Numbered from the stretch's first letter, positions 8,852-18,046 are shown. The stretch: 64,000 nt of DNA from Candidatus Moraniibacteriota bacterium (GCA_013336225.1 JAAXUC010000001.1:35949-99948), one strand, 5' to 3'. The notes: generated from the sequence alone by a model not told the origin. Numbers and translations: made by a program.

Positions 8852-9424
8852 ATGATTGCAAAATTAAATGGCACAATTGATTTTATTCGGGATAACTATG
8901 TTGTAATCAGTGTGGGAGGAGTCGGCTATAAAGTTTTCGTGACTGTGCACACCTTTGGGATGATTGCAGGCAAAAAAGAAATCGACCTTTATACGCACAC
9001 CTATGTGCGCGAAGATATCTTGGCGCTATATGGTTTTTTGGAAATGGCAGAATTGGACATGTTTGAACTTTTGATTTCAATTTCCGGCATTGGTCCCAAA
9101 GCGGCCATGGGCATTTTGGCTATTGCTGATCCGAAAACAATTTCCATGGCAGTACTCAATGAAGATCCTTCAATTTTGACCAGGGTTTCTGGTGTGGGTA
9201 AAAAAATTGCACAAAGAGTTATTTTGGAACTCAAAAATAAAATCACTGACATGCCAGTGGCTGAAAAAGCGCAACTGGAAAGTGATTCCGATGCATTTGA
9301 AGCTTTGGTGGCAATGGGATATTCAGTGTCAGAAGCGCGCGAAGCGCTCAAGCTTGTTCCAGTCAAGATCGAAGATGTGGGAGAGCGTGTGAAGATGGCG
9401 CTAAAAAGTCTTGGACGAAAATAA
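8852..9424 (+). CDS. ruvA: Holliday junction DNA helicase subunit RuvA
   Basis: The N-terminus MIAKLNGTIDFIRDNYVVISVGGVGYKVFV and the HhH region ISGIGPKAA are both typical of RuvA. Confidence 0.85.
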   Translation: MIAKLNGTIDFIRDNYVVISVGGVGYKVFVTVHTFGMIAGKKEIDLYTHTYVREDILALYGFLEMAELDMFELLISISGIGPKAAMGILAIADPKTISMAVLNEDPSILTRVSGVGKKIAQRVILELKNKITDMPVAEKAQLESDSDAFEALVAMGYSVSEAREALKLVPVKIEDVGERVKMALKSLGRK

Positions 9425-9557
9425 AACAAAATTATATTTTCTAAATGGCATGCATTTCAAACTCTGTGGTATAATGTTAATACTTGAACAAAATAAAAAT
9501 TAAAAAATAAACTAAAAAATTGTTTCGCGGATAATTTTAAAGGTTTATTATTCAGTC

Positions 9558-10607
9558 GTGAAAACTAAACACAAAGGTTCCATTTTGGCATATTCTTTGA
9601 TCATTCTTTCCATGATGCTGGCAATTGCAGCGTCTCTTTCGGTGACCACTATTATTGACAAGAAAAGTGCGAGTGCAACGCAAGCTTCCGTGCAAGCTCT
9701 GCAAACTGGAGATAGTGGGATCCAGTTGGCGCTTAAAAAAATCAATGCAAATCTGACATTGGCAATTAATGACGCTGCAAATTTTGGCACTATCGGTTGC
9801 ACTGATAGCGGCACTGCCACAATAACCAGTCAGGCTTTGCAAGGAGGAAGCGAATATGTGTTAAGTTTTTATGATGTGAGTGGCGATCCAGTGTTGTGTA
9901 ATGCCTTGGCAAATAAGATTGGGATTGTTAAATCGGTTGGAACATACAAAGGTACAGCCAGAGTTGTGAGTGTAGGGATAGGTACATCATGTCCTGCAAC
10001 AATTAGTGATAATGATTCTCCAGCAAATGTTTATGCAACAGTTAGAATTGGGACGCAATGCTGGATGGCTGAGAATTTAAGAACGACCAAGAAGCCAGAT
10101 GGAGTAACAGCTTTAATAGAGGGCAATGGAATGTATTCATCAAATCCTGCAGGCACGGGTTCTCCCTGGGGTAGGTTGTATGACTGGACGACAGCGATGA
10201 ATAGTCCTACTGCAGCAGCTGCAACTGGCGAAAAAATACAAGGTCTTTGTCCGACTGGCTGGCACATTCCCTCCAATTTCAATTCATCTTCCTTGGATAA
10301 TTGGCAAATGTTGTCAGACTTTTTGGGTGGAAATAATGTCGCTGGTGGAAAAATGAAAAGCACTGACTTAAGCCATTGGAACATTCTCAATGCTGACAAT
10401 TCCAGTGGATTTGCTGGGGTGGGTGCCGGCTACTGGGAAGCAGGCACATATAAAAATGGTGGTGATTTGGCATATTTTGTTTCTTCAGATGAGCAAAATG
10501 GCAGTGATGTAAAGGCTAAGGTTTTGTCAGCTGCAGACGCCAAATTTGACACTTCTAATAGTATAGCTAAGACCGTTGGAATGTCTGTGCGCTGCATCAA
10601 GGATTAG
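9558..10607 (+). CDS. Fibrobacter succinogenes major paralogous (FISUMP) domain protein with an N-terminal membrane anchor. GTG start.
   Basis: The C-terminal half matches the FISUMP pattern (IGTQCWMAENL...YDW...CPTGWHIPS...SGFAG.GAGYW...SVRCIKD), and the N-terminus is a hydrophobic anchor. An extended -10 (TGGTATAAT) lies upstream at 9467-9475. Confidence 0.7.
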   Translation: MKTKHKGSILAYSLIILSMMLAIAASLSVTTIIDKKSASATQASVQALQTGDSGIQLALKKINANLTLAINDAANFGTIGCTDSGTATITSQALQGGSEYVLSFYDVSGDPVLCNALANKIGIVKSVGTYKGTARVVSVGIGTSCPATISDNDSPANVYATVRIGTQCWMAENLRTTKKPDGVTALIEGNGMYSSNPAGTGSPWGRLYDWTTAMNSPTAAAATGEKIQGLCPTGWHIPSNFNSSSLDNWQMLSDFLGGNNVAGGKMKSTDLSHWNILNADNSSGFAGVGAGYWEAGTYKNGGDLAYFVSSDEQNGSDVKAKVLSAADAKFDTSNSIAKTVGMSVRCIKD

Positions 10608-10692
10608 TTTGTAAAGCAAAAAAGTTTAGACATAATTCAAAGAGTCTTTTTCAATAAGACTCTTTTTGTTTTCCTGGTTTTCCTGATATACT

Positions 10693-11763
10693 TTGGGTAT
10701 GGAAAAAAATAAGCAAAATATGGATTTCTTGCAGTCAGAGGCTTGGCGAAAATTTCAAGAAGCTGCTGGACGAAAAACCTCACATTTGGAAGGTGATGGT
10801 TTTTCAGTGAGCATCATTGAACATCAATTGCCGATTGTGGGGAAATATTTGTATGTACCAAAGGGACCAGTAGCCTCGCTTGAAGGCGAGGAATTTCCAA
10901 TTTCCAATAACCAATTTCCAATAAAATCTCAATTTCCAATTTCCAATGACCAAATAAAATGCGGAATGCGGAAATTGATTGATTTGGCTAAAAAGGAAAA
11001 TGCTGGTTGGATTCGGATTGAACCTGCTGACAAAAAAACATTGGAATCGATCAAGGAAAATATTTCAGAAAAAGTCATCAAAGCGCCACATGACATGCAG
11101 CCGCGGGAACTTTTTGTGTTGGACATCGCAAGGTCACCGGAGCAATTGCTGACTGAAATGAAAACCAAGACGCGCTACAACATTGGCATTGCGATGAAAA
11201 AAGGTGTTACGATCGATCATTCACAAACGGAAGCTGGTAAAAAGAATAAAGAATTGTATCTGCATGCATTTTTGCGACTGACCAAAGAGATGGCGGAGCG
11301 GCATGGAATTGCTGCGCACAGCGAGGAGTATTATCAAAAAATGGTTGAAAGTTTGCCCGACGAAATGCTGCGAATCTATGTGGCAAAATTTGAGGACAAA
11401 ATCATTGCAGCTAATCTGGTTCTATTTTATGGCGATACTGCGGTGTATCTGCATGGAGCTTCTGGCAGTCTGCACCGAAACTTGATGGCGCCATTTTCTT
11501 TGCAATGGCAAGCCATTTTGGACGCCAAAGAACTGGGCTACGCAAAATATGATTTTGGGGGCGTGCGTATACAAGATACAAAATACAAGATACAAAATAC
11601 AAACAAGTGGGAAGGGATTACCACCTTTAAAACGGGATTTTCGCCGAGAACAAAGCCGGTTGTGTTTCCTGGAAGTTATGATATTATCATAAATCCTCGC
11701 AAATATTGGGCATATCGTGGATTGCAGGCAGCGAAGTCGTTTGCGGTTAAATTTAGAAAATAA
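10693..11763 (+). CDS. FemAB-family peptidoglycan interpeptide-bridge aminoacyltransferase, carrying two in-frame heptamer-repeat insertions
   Basis: Conserved FemX/FemAB blocks are present (QSEAWRKFQ, KTRYNIGIAMKKG, FYGDTAVYLHGASGS, FKTGFSP). The tandem repeats at 10891-10955 (CCAATTT units) and 11568-11607 (ATACAAG/A units) are translated in frame. Confidence 0.75.
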   Translation: MGMEKNKQNMDFLQSEAWRKFQEAAGRKTSHLEGDGFSVSIIEHQLPIVGKYLYVPKGPVASLEGEEFPISNNQFPIKSQFPISNDQIKCGMRKLIDLAKKENAGWIRIEPADKKTLESIKENISEKVIKAPHDMQPRELFVLDIARSPEQLLTEMKTKTRYNIGIAMKKGVTIDHSQTEAGKKNKELYLHAFLRLTKEMAERHGIAAHSEEYYQKMVESLPDEMLRIYVAKFEDKIIAANLVLFYGDTAVYLHGASGSLHRNLMAPFSLQWQAILDAKELGYAKYDFGGVRIQDTKYKIQNTNKWEGITTFKTGFSPRTKPVVFPGSYDIIINPRKYWAYRGLQAAKSFAVKFRK

Positions 11764-11883
11764 TGTAATAAAAAATTTCGAATTTCCAATTTTGAATTTT
11801 GAATCAAATCTGAATGAATTAATGTTTAAAAATTTGAAACATTAGAAATTCATTCAAAATTCAAAATTCAAAATTTAAAATTA
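11764..11883. repeat. Palindromic intergenic heptamer-arm element, copy R3
   Basis: Arms of AATTTCGAATTTCCAATTTTGAATTTTGAA, a central AATGTTTAAAAATTTGAAACATT hairpin, and arms of AAATTCATTCAAAATTCAAAATTCAAAATT. Confidence 0.6.
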
Positions 11884-13230
11884 ATGCATAGAATCAAAAA
11901 AATTGTGCCCCAATCCATCAAGAACCTTTACCATTTGGCACAAGCTCTTACTGCTAATGTGATTTATGGTTTTCCATCTCGAAAAATAAAAGTGATTGGC
12001 ATCACTGGCACTGATGGCAAGACGACCACGGCGCAAATGATTGCGGGAATTTTGCAGGAAGCTGGAAAAAAAGTTGCCTTGGCTTCGACCATTAATTTTG
12101 TGATCAATGGAGTGGAAGAAAAGAATCTTTCACATTATACGACGGAATCAGCTTTCAAATTGCAAAAATTCATCAGACAAGCAGTTGGGGCAGGCTGCGA
12201 ATATTTGGTACTAGAAACTTCTTCGCACGCATTGGACCAACATCGCGTTTGGGGAGTGGAATATAAAGCTGCAGTTGTCACCAATGTGACCAGGGAACAT
12301 TTGGATTATCATGAAACCATGGAAAAATATCGAGCAGCTAAAAAAAGGCTTTTTGAAGTGGTAGAGAAAAATAAGGGAACAGTCATTGTTAACCTTGATA
12401 TGGAAAAACCGAAAGAGTTTTTGAATTTCAAAGTTAATAAAAAGTTTGCCTATACGACAAATAGTGAAAACCTGGATTCCCTGCCCACCGGCAGGCAGGC
12501 TGATTTTCGCGGGAATGACAAGGAAAGGGTCGGAATGATAAAAAGCGATGTGGAAATGATTCAGGCTGAGAATATCAGGCTTGGAATTGCTGGTTCTTCA
12601 TACGAAATACGAAATACGAAATACGAAATACATTTGCCAGGTGGATATAACATTGAGAATGCCCTTGCAGCATCGTGTGTGGCTCTTGGTGAGGGTGTTG
12701 GCATGGAAACGATTAAAGAGGCGCTGGCAAAAATCCGAGGCGTGGCGGGGCGAATGGAGGCCATAGAGAACGATCTGGGATTGCACATTTTCATTGATTT
12801 CGCACTGACCCCAAATGCCTTGGAAAAGCTTTATGCGGGGCTTTCTAGAGCCAAAAAATCGGGAGCAAGAATCATCGCAGTTTTCGGATCATGTGGCGAT
12901 CGCGATAAAGGCAAGCGTCCAATTATGGGCGAAGTTGTTTCGCGCTACACTGACATAATTGTTCTCACTAATGATGAACCATATCATGAAGATCCCCAAC
13001 AAATAATCGAAGAAATTGCAGTTGGAATTAAAAACAAAACCGAAAATCAGAATCTTTTCAGAATTGCTGATCGACGCTTGGCAATCGCCAAAGCTCTCGA
13101 GCTTGCCAAAGCTGATGACATAATCTGTATTACTGGCATGGGCAATTTTGAAACCATGGTGGTGGGGGATGAAAAAATTCCCTGGAATGATCGAAAAGTT
13201 GTCGAAGAAGAGTTGGCAAAAATTGCCTAA
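11884..13230 (+). CDS. murE: Mur ligase, MurE-like (UDP-N-acetylmuramoyl-L-alanyl-D-glutamate--diamino acid ligase), with a 7-aa in-frame repeat insertion
   Basis: GITGTDGKTTT is the P-loop, and the Mur ligase middle and C-terminal domains follow. A tandem ATACGAA x4 at 12599-12632 encodes YEIRNTKYEI just before the conserved HLPGG.N..NALAA block. Confidence 0.8.
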   Translation: MHRIKKIVPQSIKNLYHLAQALTANVIYGFPSRKIKVIGITGTDGKTTTAQMIAGILQEAGKKVALASTINFVINGVEEKNLSHYTTESAFKLQKFIRQAVGAGCEYLVLETSSHALDQHRVWGVEYKAAVVTNVTREHLDYHETMEKYRAAKKRLFEVVEKNKGTVIVNLDMEKPKEFLNFKVNKKFAYTTNSENLDSLPTGRQADFRGNDKERVGMIKSDVEMIQAENIRLGIAGSSYEIRNTKYEIHLPGGYNIENALAASCVALGEGVGMETIKEALAKIRGVAGRMEAIENDLGLHIFIDFALTPNALEKLYAGLSRAKKSGARIIAVFGSCGDRDKGKRPIMGEVVSRYTDIIVLTNDEPYHEDPQQIIEEIAVGIKNKTENQNLFRIADRRLAIAKALELAKADDIICITGMGNFETMVVGDEKIPWNDRKVVEEELAKIA

Positions 13231-13232
13231 CA

Positions 13233-13265
13233 AAAAATCCCCACCAATTGAGTGGGGATTTTTTA
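13233..13265. terminator. Bidirectional rho-independent terminator
   Basis: The sequence AAAAAATCCCCACCAATTGAGTGGGGATTTTTT forms a GC stem flanked by A and T runs, between convergent genes. Confidence 0.7.
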
Positions 13266-13276
13266 TGAAGAACTTT

Positions 13277-13717
13277 TTATCTTAAAAGACTGATGAATAT
13301 TGTAGTGAAAGTTAGACCCAAAATTGCCCCCACAATCACTTCGCTCACTTTGTGGCCCATGCGTTCTTTGAGGCGTGGATATTGATCTTCATTAATGTTG
13401 AGCTGTCCGATCAGCATGTTTAGATATTTTCCTTGATCTCCCAAGGTCATGCGCAGACGAGTGGCGTCATCAATGATGAGGAAAGCCAGTGCCACTGCAA
13501 TTGCAAAGGTGCCGGTGTGAATGCCTTCATAAAAACCGATAGATGTCACCAGCGAAAAAGCAAAAGCGGTGTGGGCGCTTGGCATGTGACCATGGGTGAA
13601 CGCATAGCGGATGTTCCAGCCATGTTTCAAGCTATACAGCACAAACTTGATGGTTTGCACGATGACTCCAACCACAATTGGAATTAAAAACACTGCATAA
13701 GGCGTAATAAACTTCAT
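13277..13717 (-). CDS. DUF212/YuiD-like membrane protein (divergent PAP2-type acid phosphatase/haloperoxidase-related)
   Basis: HGHMPSAHTAFAFSL and IIDDATRLRMTLGDQG resemble the YuiD blocks GGMPSSHSA and FDATGVRRHAGEQA. Hydrophobic helices are present. Confidence 0.6.
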   Translation of the reverse strand: MKFITPYAVFLIPIVVGVIVQTIKFVLYSLKHGWNIRYAFTHGHMPSAHTAFAFSLVTSIGFYEGIHTGTFAIAVALAFLIIDDATRLRMTLGDQGKYLNMLIGQLNINEDQYPRLKERMGHKVSEVIVGAILGLTFTTIFISLLR

Positions 13718-13912
13718 AGGAATTTTATAGAAGAAATTAACTTCCTATATTATAGCATATATTTTATTTAGCGGGAAAAGTGCGTTTCTATAAATGACTG
13801 AGATAGTGTATAATTATATTTGTAATGTTTGGTATGAATAAGCTTTAGTTTTAAATTTAAAGAATCGCAATTGAGGTAAATTTTTACAGCAATCAAGCGG
13901 TTACATTTTTTT

Positions 13913-14464
13913 ATGAGTATTGGATTAATCGTTCTCGCAGTTGCAGTGCTCGCGGTTGTTTTCGGAGTTGGCATTTATAACAGCTTGGTGACGCTGAAAA
14001 ATAGAGTTGACGAAGCTTGGAGCGACATTGATGTGCAATTGAAGCGTCGCTATGATTTGATCCCAAATCTGATCAACACCGTTAAAGGTTATGCGACTCA
14101 TGAAAAAGAACTTTTTGAAAAAGTGACCGCAGCGAGAACTTCTGCCATGAACGCTGGATCTCCAAAAGAAAAACAAGAGGCTGAAAACATGCTTTCCGGA
14201 ACACTTAAAACTTTGTTTGCCGTTTCTGAAAATTATCCTGACCTGAAAGCCAATCAAAACTTTTTGGAATTGCAAAGAGAATTGACTGACACTGAAGACA
14301 AAATTCAAGCTTCTCGCCGATTTTACAATGGTAATGTGAGAGATTTCAACATCAAAATCGAAACTTTTCCAAGCAATATCATCGCTGGCATGCTAAATTT
14401 TGCCAAAAGAGAATTTTTTGCAGCTGAGGAAGCGGAAAAGGAAAATGTTAATGTTCAATTCTAA
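13913..14464 (+). CDS. lemA: LemA family protein
   Basis: An N-terminal TM helix is followed by the conserved LemA region (NSLVTLKNRVDEAWSDIDVQLKRRYDLIPNL...YATHEKELF). Confidence 0.8.
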   Translation: MSIGLIVLAVAVLAVVFGVGIYNSLVTLKNRVDEAWSDIDVQLKRRYDLIPNLINTVKGYATHEKELFEKVTAARTSAMNAGSPKEKQEAENMLSGTLKTLFAVSENYPDLKANQNFLELQRELTDTEDKIQASRRFYNGNVRDFNIKIETFPSNIIAGMLNFAKREFFAAEEAEKENVNVQF

Positions 14465-14474
14465 TTGAAGTTCA

Positions 14475-15146
14475 ATGCTGAAAGTTTTTGAAACATGTTA
14501 TCACAAAGATGGACTGGGAGAATCCAGTCAGCTTTCAATACTGGCCATGGCTAGTCTGGTTTTTGTGTTGGTTGTTGGGATAAGTTACGCCATGTATTTA
14601 TTGGTTGATGCGATGGGCATTTCAAATGCCTCAGGCATTCATGTCACCAAAAATATGATGCTTGCCGTGGAGGGCGCCAAAGGAAACCTATATTCCAATA
14701 CTGAAAAAAACATCAAGGATTGGATTGTCTATAAAAACGAATTCGATGGTTATGAGATAAAATACCCAAATGATTTGGAAAGCAATAAAAATGCCAGTGG
14801 TGCTTTTGAATTAAAAAAAACAATTCCAGGCGGCGACCCTAAACAGTCATCATTGCTCTATACGTTCATGTTTAGCAGGATAGATGAGGATGTCAGTGTG
14901 AATGTTGAAACTTTCATGCAAAAAAGATATCCGGAATGGACTGGAACTGCAAAACGAGATGTTTTTGGTGGTAAAGAAGGTTTGCGCACTGGCGTATTTA
15001 AATCTGTCAGTGGCATTTACAAGGATGTTGTTTGCTGGAAAAATGAAAGCAAGGTTCTTTGCCTGGAGAGCAAATATTATCTGGAAAACAATGCTGATTA
15101 TGTGAGCATCTTCGATAAAGTTATTGCAGAGGTTGATATTAGATAA
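14475..15146 (+). CDS. Hypothetical exported or membrane-anchored protein
   Basis: An ORF with an N-terminal hydrophobic segment, located between lemA and htpX. No recognisable motifs. Confidence 0.45.
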   Translation: MLKVFETCYHKDGLGESSQLSILAMASLVFVLVVGISYAMYLLVDAMGISNASGIHVTKNMMLAVEGAKGNLYSNTEKNIKDWIVYKNEFDGYEIKYPNDLESNKNASGAFELKKTIPGGDPKQSSLLYTFMFSRIDEDVSVNVETFMQKRYPEWTGTAKRDVFGGKEGLRTGVFKSVSGIYKDVVCWKNESKVLCLESKYYLENNADYVSIFDKVIAEVDIR

Positions 15147-15154
15147 AATTTTTT

Positions 15155-16048
15155 ATGGCGACATTATATACAGAGGCTGACAAAAATACACGTTTAACCT
15201 GGGTTTATATCACGGGCTTTTTAATATTTGTGATTGGAGTGGGCTATGTTTTTGCGGGAGCGATGGGAAATTCTGCCATTTTGTATGGTGCGGTGATCTT
15301 TTCAATCTTGATGAGTTTCGGCTCATATTGGTGGAGCGACAAAATTGTTTTAGCCATGAGCAGCGCAAAAGAGGTGACACATGAGGGAAATATGGAGTTA
15401 TACCACCTTGTGGAAAACCTGTGTATAACTGCTGGACTCCCAACTCCCAAGATTTATATTATTGAAGATTCTGCTCCCAATGCTTTTGCCACTGGTCGCG
15501 ATCCTGAGCATGGCGTGATTTGTGTGACCACTGGACTGTTGGATAAATTGGAGAAAATTGAGTTGGAAGGTGTGATTGCACATGAACTTTCGCACATTGG
15601 CAATCGCGACATTTTGCTTTCCACGGTGGTGGTGGTTTTGGTGGGCTTTGTGGCTTTGATGGCAGATTGGTTTCGTCACTGGGCATTTTTTGGTGGCAAA
15701 AGTGATGATCGCGACAAGGGGCAATTCGGCCTGATTTTAATGGTGGTGGCAATTGTGCTTTCAATTTTAGCTCCAATTGCCGCGATGCTTATGCAATTGG
15801 CAATTTCACGTAAACGAGAATTTTTGGCTGATGCTAGCGCAGCACTGCTCACTCGCTATCCTGAAGGGCTGGCCAGGGCTTTGGAAAAGATTTCAGGCGA
15901 CCAAGAGCCACTCGAAGCTGCAAACCGCGCCACAGCTCATCTGTATATCTCAAATCCTTTCAAAGGTAAAAACATTTCCAAACTTTTTTCCACGCATCCA
16001 CCCATGGAAGAGCGCATTGCAGCATTGCGAGGTGTAGAGGTGAAATAA
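15155..16048 (+). CDS. htpX: Zinc metalloprotease HtpX (M48 family)
   Basis: HEXXH is present as HELSHIGNRD. There are four TM segments, and the C-terminal motif STHPPMEERIAAL is characteristic. Confidence 0.85.
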   Translation: MATLYTEADKNTRLTWVYITGFLIFVIGVGYVFAGAMGNSAILYGAVIFSILMSFGSYWWSDKIVLAMSSAKEVTHEGNMELYHLVENLCITAGLPTPKIYIIEDSAPNAFATGRDPEHGVICVTTGLLDKLEKIELEGVIAHELSHIGNRDILLSTVVVVLVGFVALMADWFRHWAFFGGKSDDRDKGQFGLILMVVAIVLSILAPIAAMLMQLAISRKREFLADASAALLTRYPEGLARALEKISGDQEPLEAANRATAHLYISNPFKGKNISKLFSTHPPMEERIAALRGVEVK

Positions 16049-16057
16049 AAAGTATGA

Positions 16058-16106
16058 CCTCACCTGTCATGAGTACATGACATCCTCTCCTAAAAAAGGA
16101 GAGGAA
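16058..16106 (+). repeat. Twin-hairpin element, copy 1: a TGTCATG-AGTA-CATGACA hairpin followed by a CCTCTCC-TAAAAAA-GGAGAGG hairpin
   Basis: It lies immediately after the htpX stop. A near-identical copy at 49445-49494 shows compensatory changes in the second stem. Confidence 0.6.
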
Positions 16107-16126
16107 ACTATTGAAGAAAACTTTGT

Positions 16127-16624
16127 ATGCAATGGAAAAAACCTAAGGATACGGATAAATATCGCTGGACGACGCATGTCACGGAGAAGATGCATTTTTA
16201 TGGACTCTCGGAACAAAAAGTTTTGGGCGTGATTCGAAAACCGCAGCGCATCGAGAGCAGCATCGTGGAAAATACAGTGGCGGTGATGTTGCCAGTGGGA
16301 AACATCACTATAGGAAGTGCCAAGCCAAAATGGGGCAGGCCTGTTTTTGGAAATAAAAAGCAAGAAGAAAGTTCTGAAGAAAAAAAGAAACAAGAAAGTT
16401 GGAATCAAGAAATCTGGGTGCTGTATCAAACAAAGTCGCAAGAAAAAAAATTCAAAGACAAAACTCTGGGCGAAAAAAAGGATGAAAATATTGCTAAGTT
16501 GCAAAGAAAAATCAATCCCAGTAAGCAAATCACAATTATCTCAGCTTGGCGCTATCCGGGGGTGAGTCCTAAGAATAATCCTATTCCGGAGGAAATTATG
16601 CGAGAAATTGAATGGATAACATAA
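16127..16624 (+). CDS. Hypothetical protein with an N-terminal DUF4258-like region and a lysine/glutamate-rich tail
   Basis: The N-terminus (RWTTHVTEKMHFYGLSEQKVLGVI) fits the H-x3-M-x2-R/Y-G-I/L-S-x3-V pattern of DUF4258-like small proteins. The rest is a low-complexity K/E-rich stretch. Confidence 0.4.
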   Translation: MQWKKPKDTDKYRWTTHVTEKMHFYGLSEQKVLGVIRKPQRIESSIVENTVAVMLPVGNITIGSAKPKWGRPVFGNKKQEESSEEKKKQESWNQEIWVLYQTKSQEKKFKDKTLGEKKDENIAKLQRKINPSKQITIISAWRYPGVSPKNNPIPEEIMREIEWIT

Positions 16625-16633
16625 AATGAATAT

Positions 16634-16668
16634 GAAAAAAGGGATGACCGTTGTCATCCCTTTGTTTT
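16634..16668. terminator. Bidirectional rho-independent terminator
   Basis: AAAAAAGGGATGACCGTTGTCATCCCTTTGTTTTT forms a hairpin between convergent genes. Confidence 0.65.
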
Positions 16669-16670
16669 TG

Positions 16671-17363
16671 CTATACGTATTTTATAACAATGAAACCCCC
16701 CTTCATCTTTTTGTCGAGCTCGAGCAATTCCGCATTCTTGGTTCGGATGCAACCCCCACTGCATCTGGTGCCAAGCTTTGGTTCGTCTTTTTTGAGCGTG
16801 CCATGAATGCGATAGATGTCGCGTTCAAGTTCCGCTGAAGCTTGTTTTTCAAGGAATTTAATCCGCATTTTCAGGGGTCCCATGTAGTTCAGGGGATTGC
16901 CGGCTGGAATGATGACTTTGCCTTGGGCATTGCGAAACTTTTCCAGATCAGTGCCGCGCTTTTTGAATTGTTCAATGGTTCCATCAGTAGGTGCCCAAAT
17001 TGGATCTTTTTCAACAGAAGTGATGATGCCAAAACCTTTGGGATATTTTGCCGACTTGGGTGTGCCAACTCGATGAGTGCTGATTTCCTCAAGTGAAAAT
17101 GTTTCCTCATCAGTGTCTTCCACCAAGCGGTAAACTCTCATGTTGGATTGAACAACGTCTATTTCCATGAAAAAAAGTGTCTTTTCTTCCTGCTTTGATT
17201 CCTCACGAATGGCAATTAAGTGCTCAATGACTGCTAAATCTTCAGCTTGCTGTTTGATGAGCGCATTCTCGGAAAGTGCTGCTACTGTTTCAGTGGGGGT
17301 GCTAATTGCCATAAACAAAGAAAACATCATAGTTGTTGCCAGATAGCGAAGAATTGTTTTCAT
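16671..17363 (-). CDS. L,D-transpeptidase (YkuD-like) family protein, secreted
   Basis: A signal peptide is followed by the catalytic-domain motifs IHGT and CSGGCIRT (consensus H-G-T and S/T-x-G-C-I/V-R). Confidence 0.6.
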   Translation of the reverse strand: MKTILRYLATTMMFSLFMAISTPTETVAALSENALIKQQAEDLAVIEHLIAIREESKQEEKTLFFMEIDVVQSNMRVYRLVEDTDEETFSLEEISTHRVGTPKSAKYPKGFGIITSVEKDPIWAPTDGTIEQFKKRGTDLEKFRNAQGKVIIPAGNPLNYMGPLKMRIKFLEKQASAELERDIYRIHGTLKKDEPKLGTRCSGGCIRTKNAELLELDKKMKGGFIVIKYV

Positions 17364-17518
17364 TTGTTGCCTCCTTGGTCTTGGGTTGATATTAGGTACA
17401 ACGACTTCATATCATACATCAATATTGATAGAATGTAAATAGTTGAAATCAAAAGATATTTTGGTTAAAAGTGTAGTATTAGTTAAGAAGTAATCAACTT
17501 TAAAATATAGAATTTCTC

Positions 17519-18046
17519 ATGAGCAATGCTTATCTGAATTTCTATTTACTTAGTATGGAAGAAAACAAGACACAAAATGATGTCAAAGGCTTGGTTGCTC
17601 AACTCGAAGCAACATTGGATGAATATATGGTCAAAAAGGCTCCATTTGCAATTCCGCAAGGAGGCAAAGAGTTTATTGCAAGCGTATCTCCATTTTTGAT
17701 CATCATCTTCGCTGTGATGACGCTCCCGGTCATTTTTCTGGCCTTGGGTCTCTCAGCTGTCATGGCTCCTTTTGCCATGATGGGTGGTGCATATGGCACT
17801 GGATATGCTTGGGGAATTGGCTCAATGATTTCGCTGGCTGTGGCTGTGACGGTGCTGGTGCTGGAAGTTATGGCTGTGTCGGGATTGTTTAAGCGCACTA
17901 GAGGTGCTTGGAGACTGCTTTTCTATGCAAGTATTGTCAGTTTGATTGGTAGCATTCTCTCTATTCACGGCATCGTGGGGGGCATTGTTGGTGCGATTAT
18001 TGGTTGGTATATTTTATTTCAAATGAAGGATATGTATAAAAATTAA
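17519..18046 (+). CDS. Hypothetical integral membrane protein
   Basis: A 175-aa ORF with several hydrophobic helices and Gly-rich TM segments. The start may be the downstream Met at 17558. Confidence 0.45.
   Translation: MSNAYLNFYLLSMEENKTQNDVKGLVAQLEATLDEYMVKKAPFAIPQGGKEFIASVSPFLIIIFAVMTLPVIFLALGLSAVMAPFAMMGGAYGTGYAWGIGSMISLAVAVTVLVLEVMAVSGLFKRTRGAWRLLFYASIVSLIGSILSIHGIVGGIVGAIIGWYILFQMKDMYKN

Noticed and set aside
10891-10955. Whether the short tandem repeats in femX, murE and tsaD and in the intergenic spacers could be a CRISPR array
   Set aside because: The units are 7 nt with no spacers and no repeat-spacer periodicity of 25-50 nt, and no cas genes are present. They are microsatellite-like heptamers, not CRISPR.
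16626-16838. A 70-aa plus-strand ORF starting MNMKKGMTVVIPLF
   Set aside because: Its first codons are the bidirectional terminator hairpin (GGGATGACCGTTGTCATCCC), and it overlaps the 3' end of the minus-strand L,D-transpeptidase gene. It is spurious.
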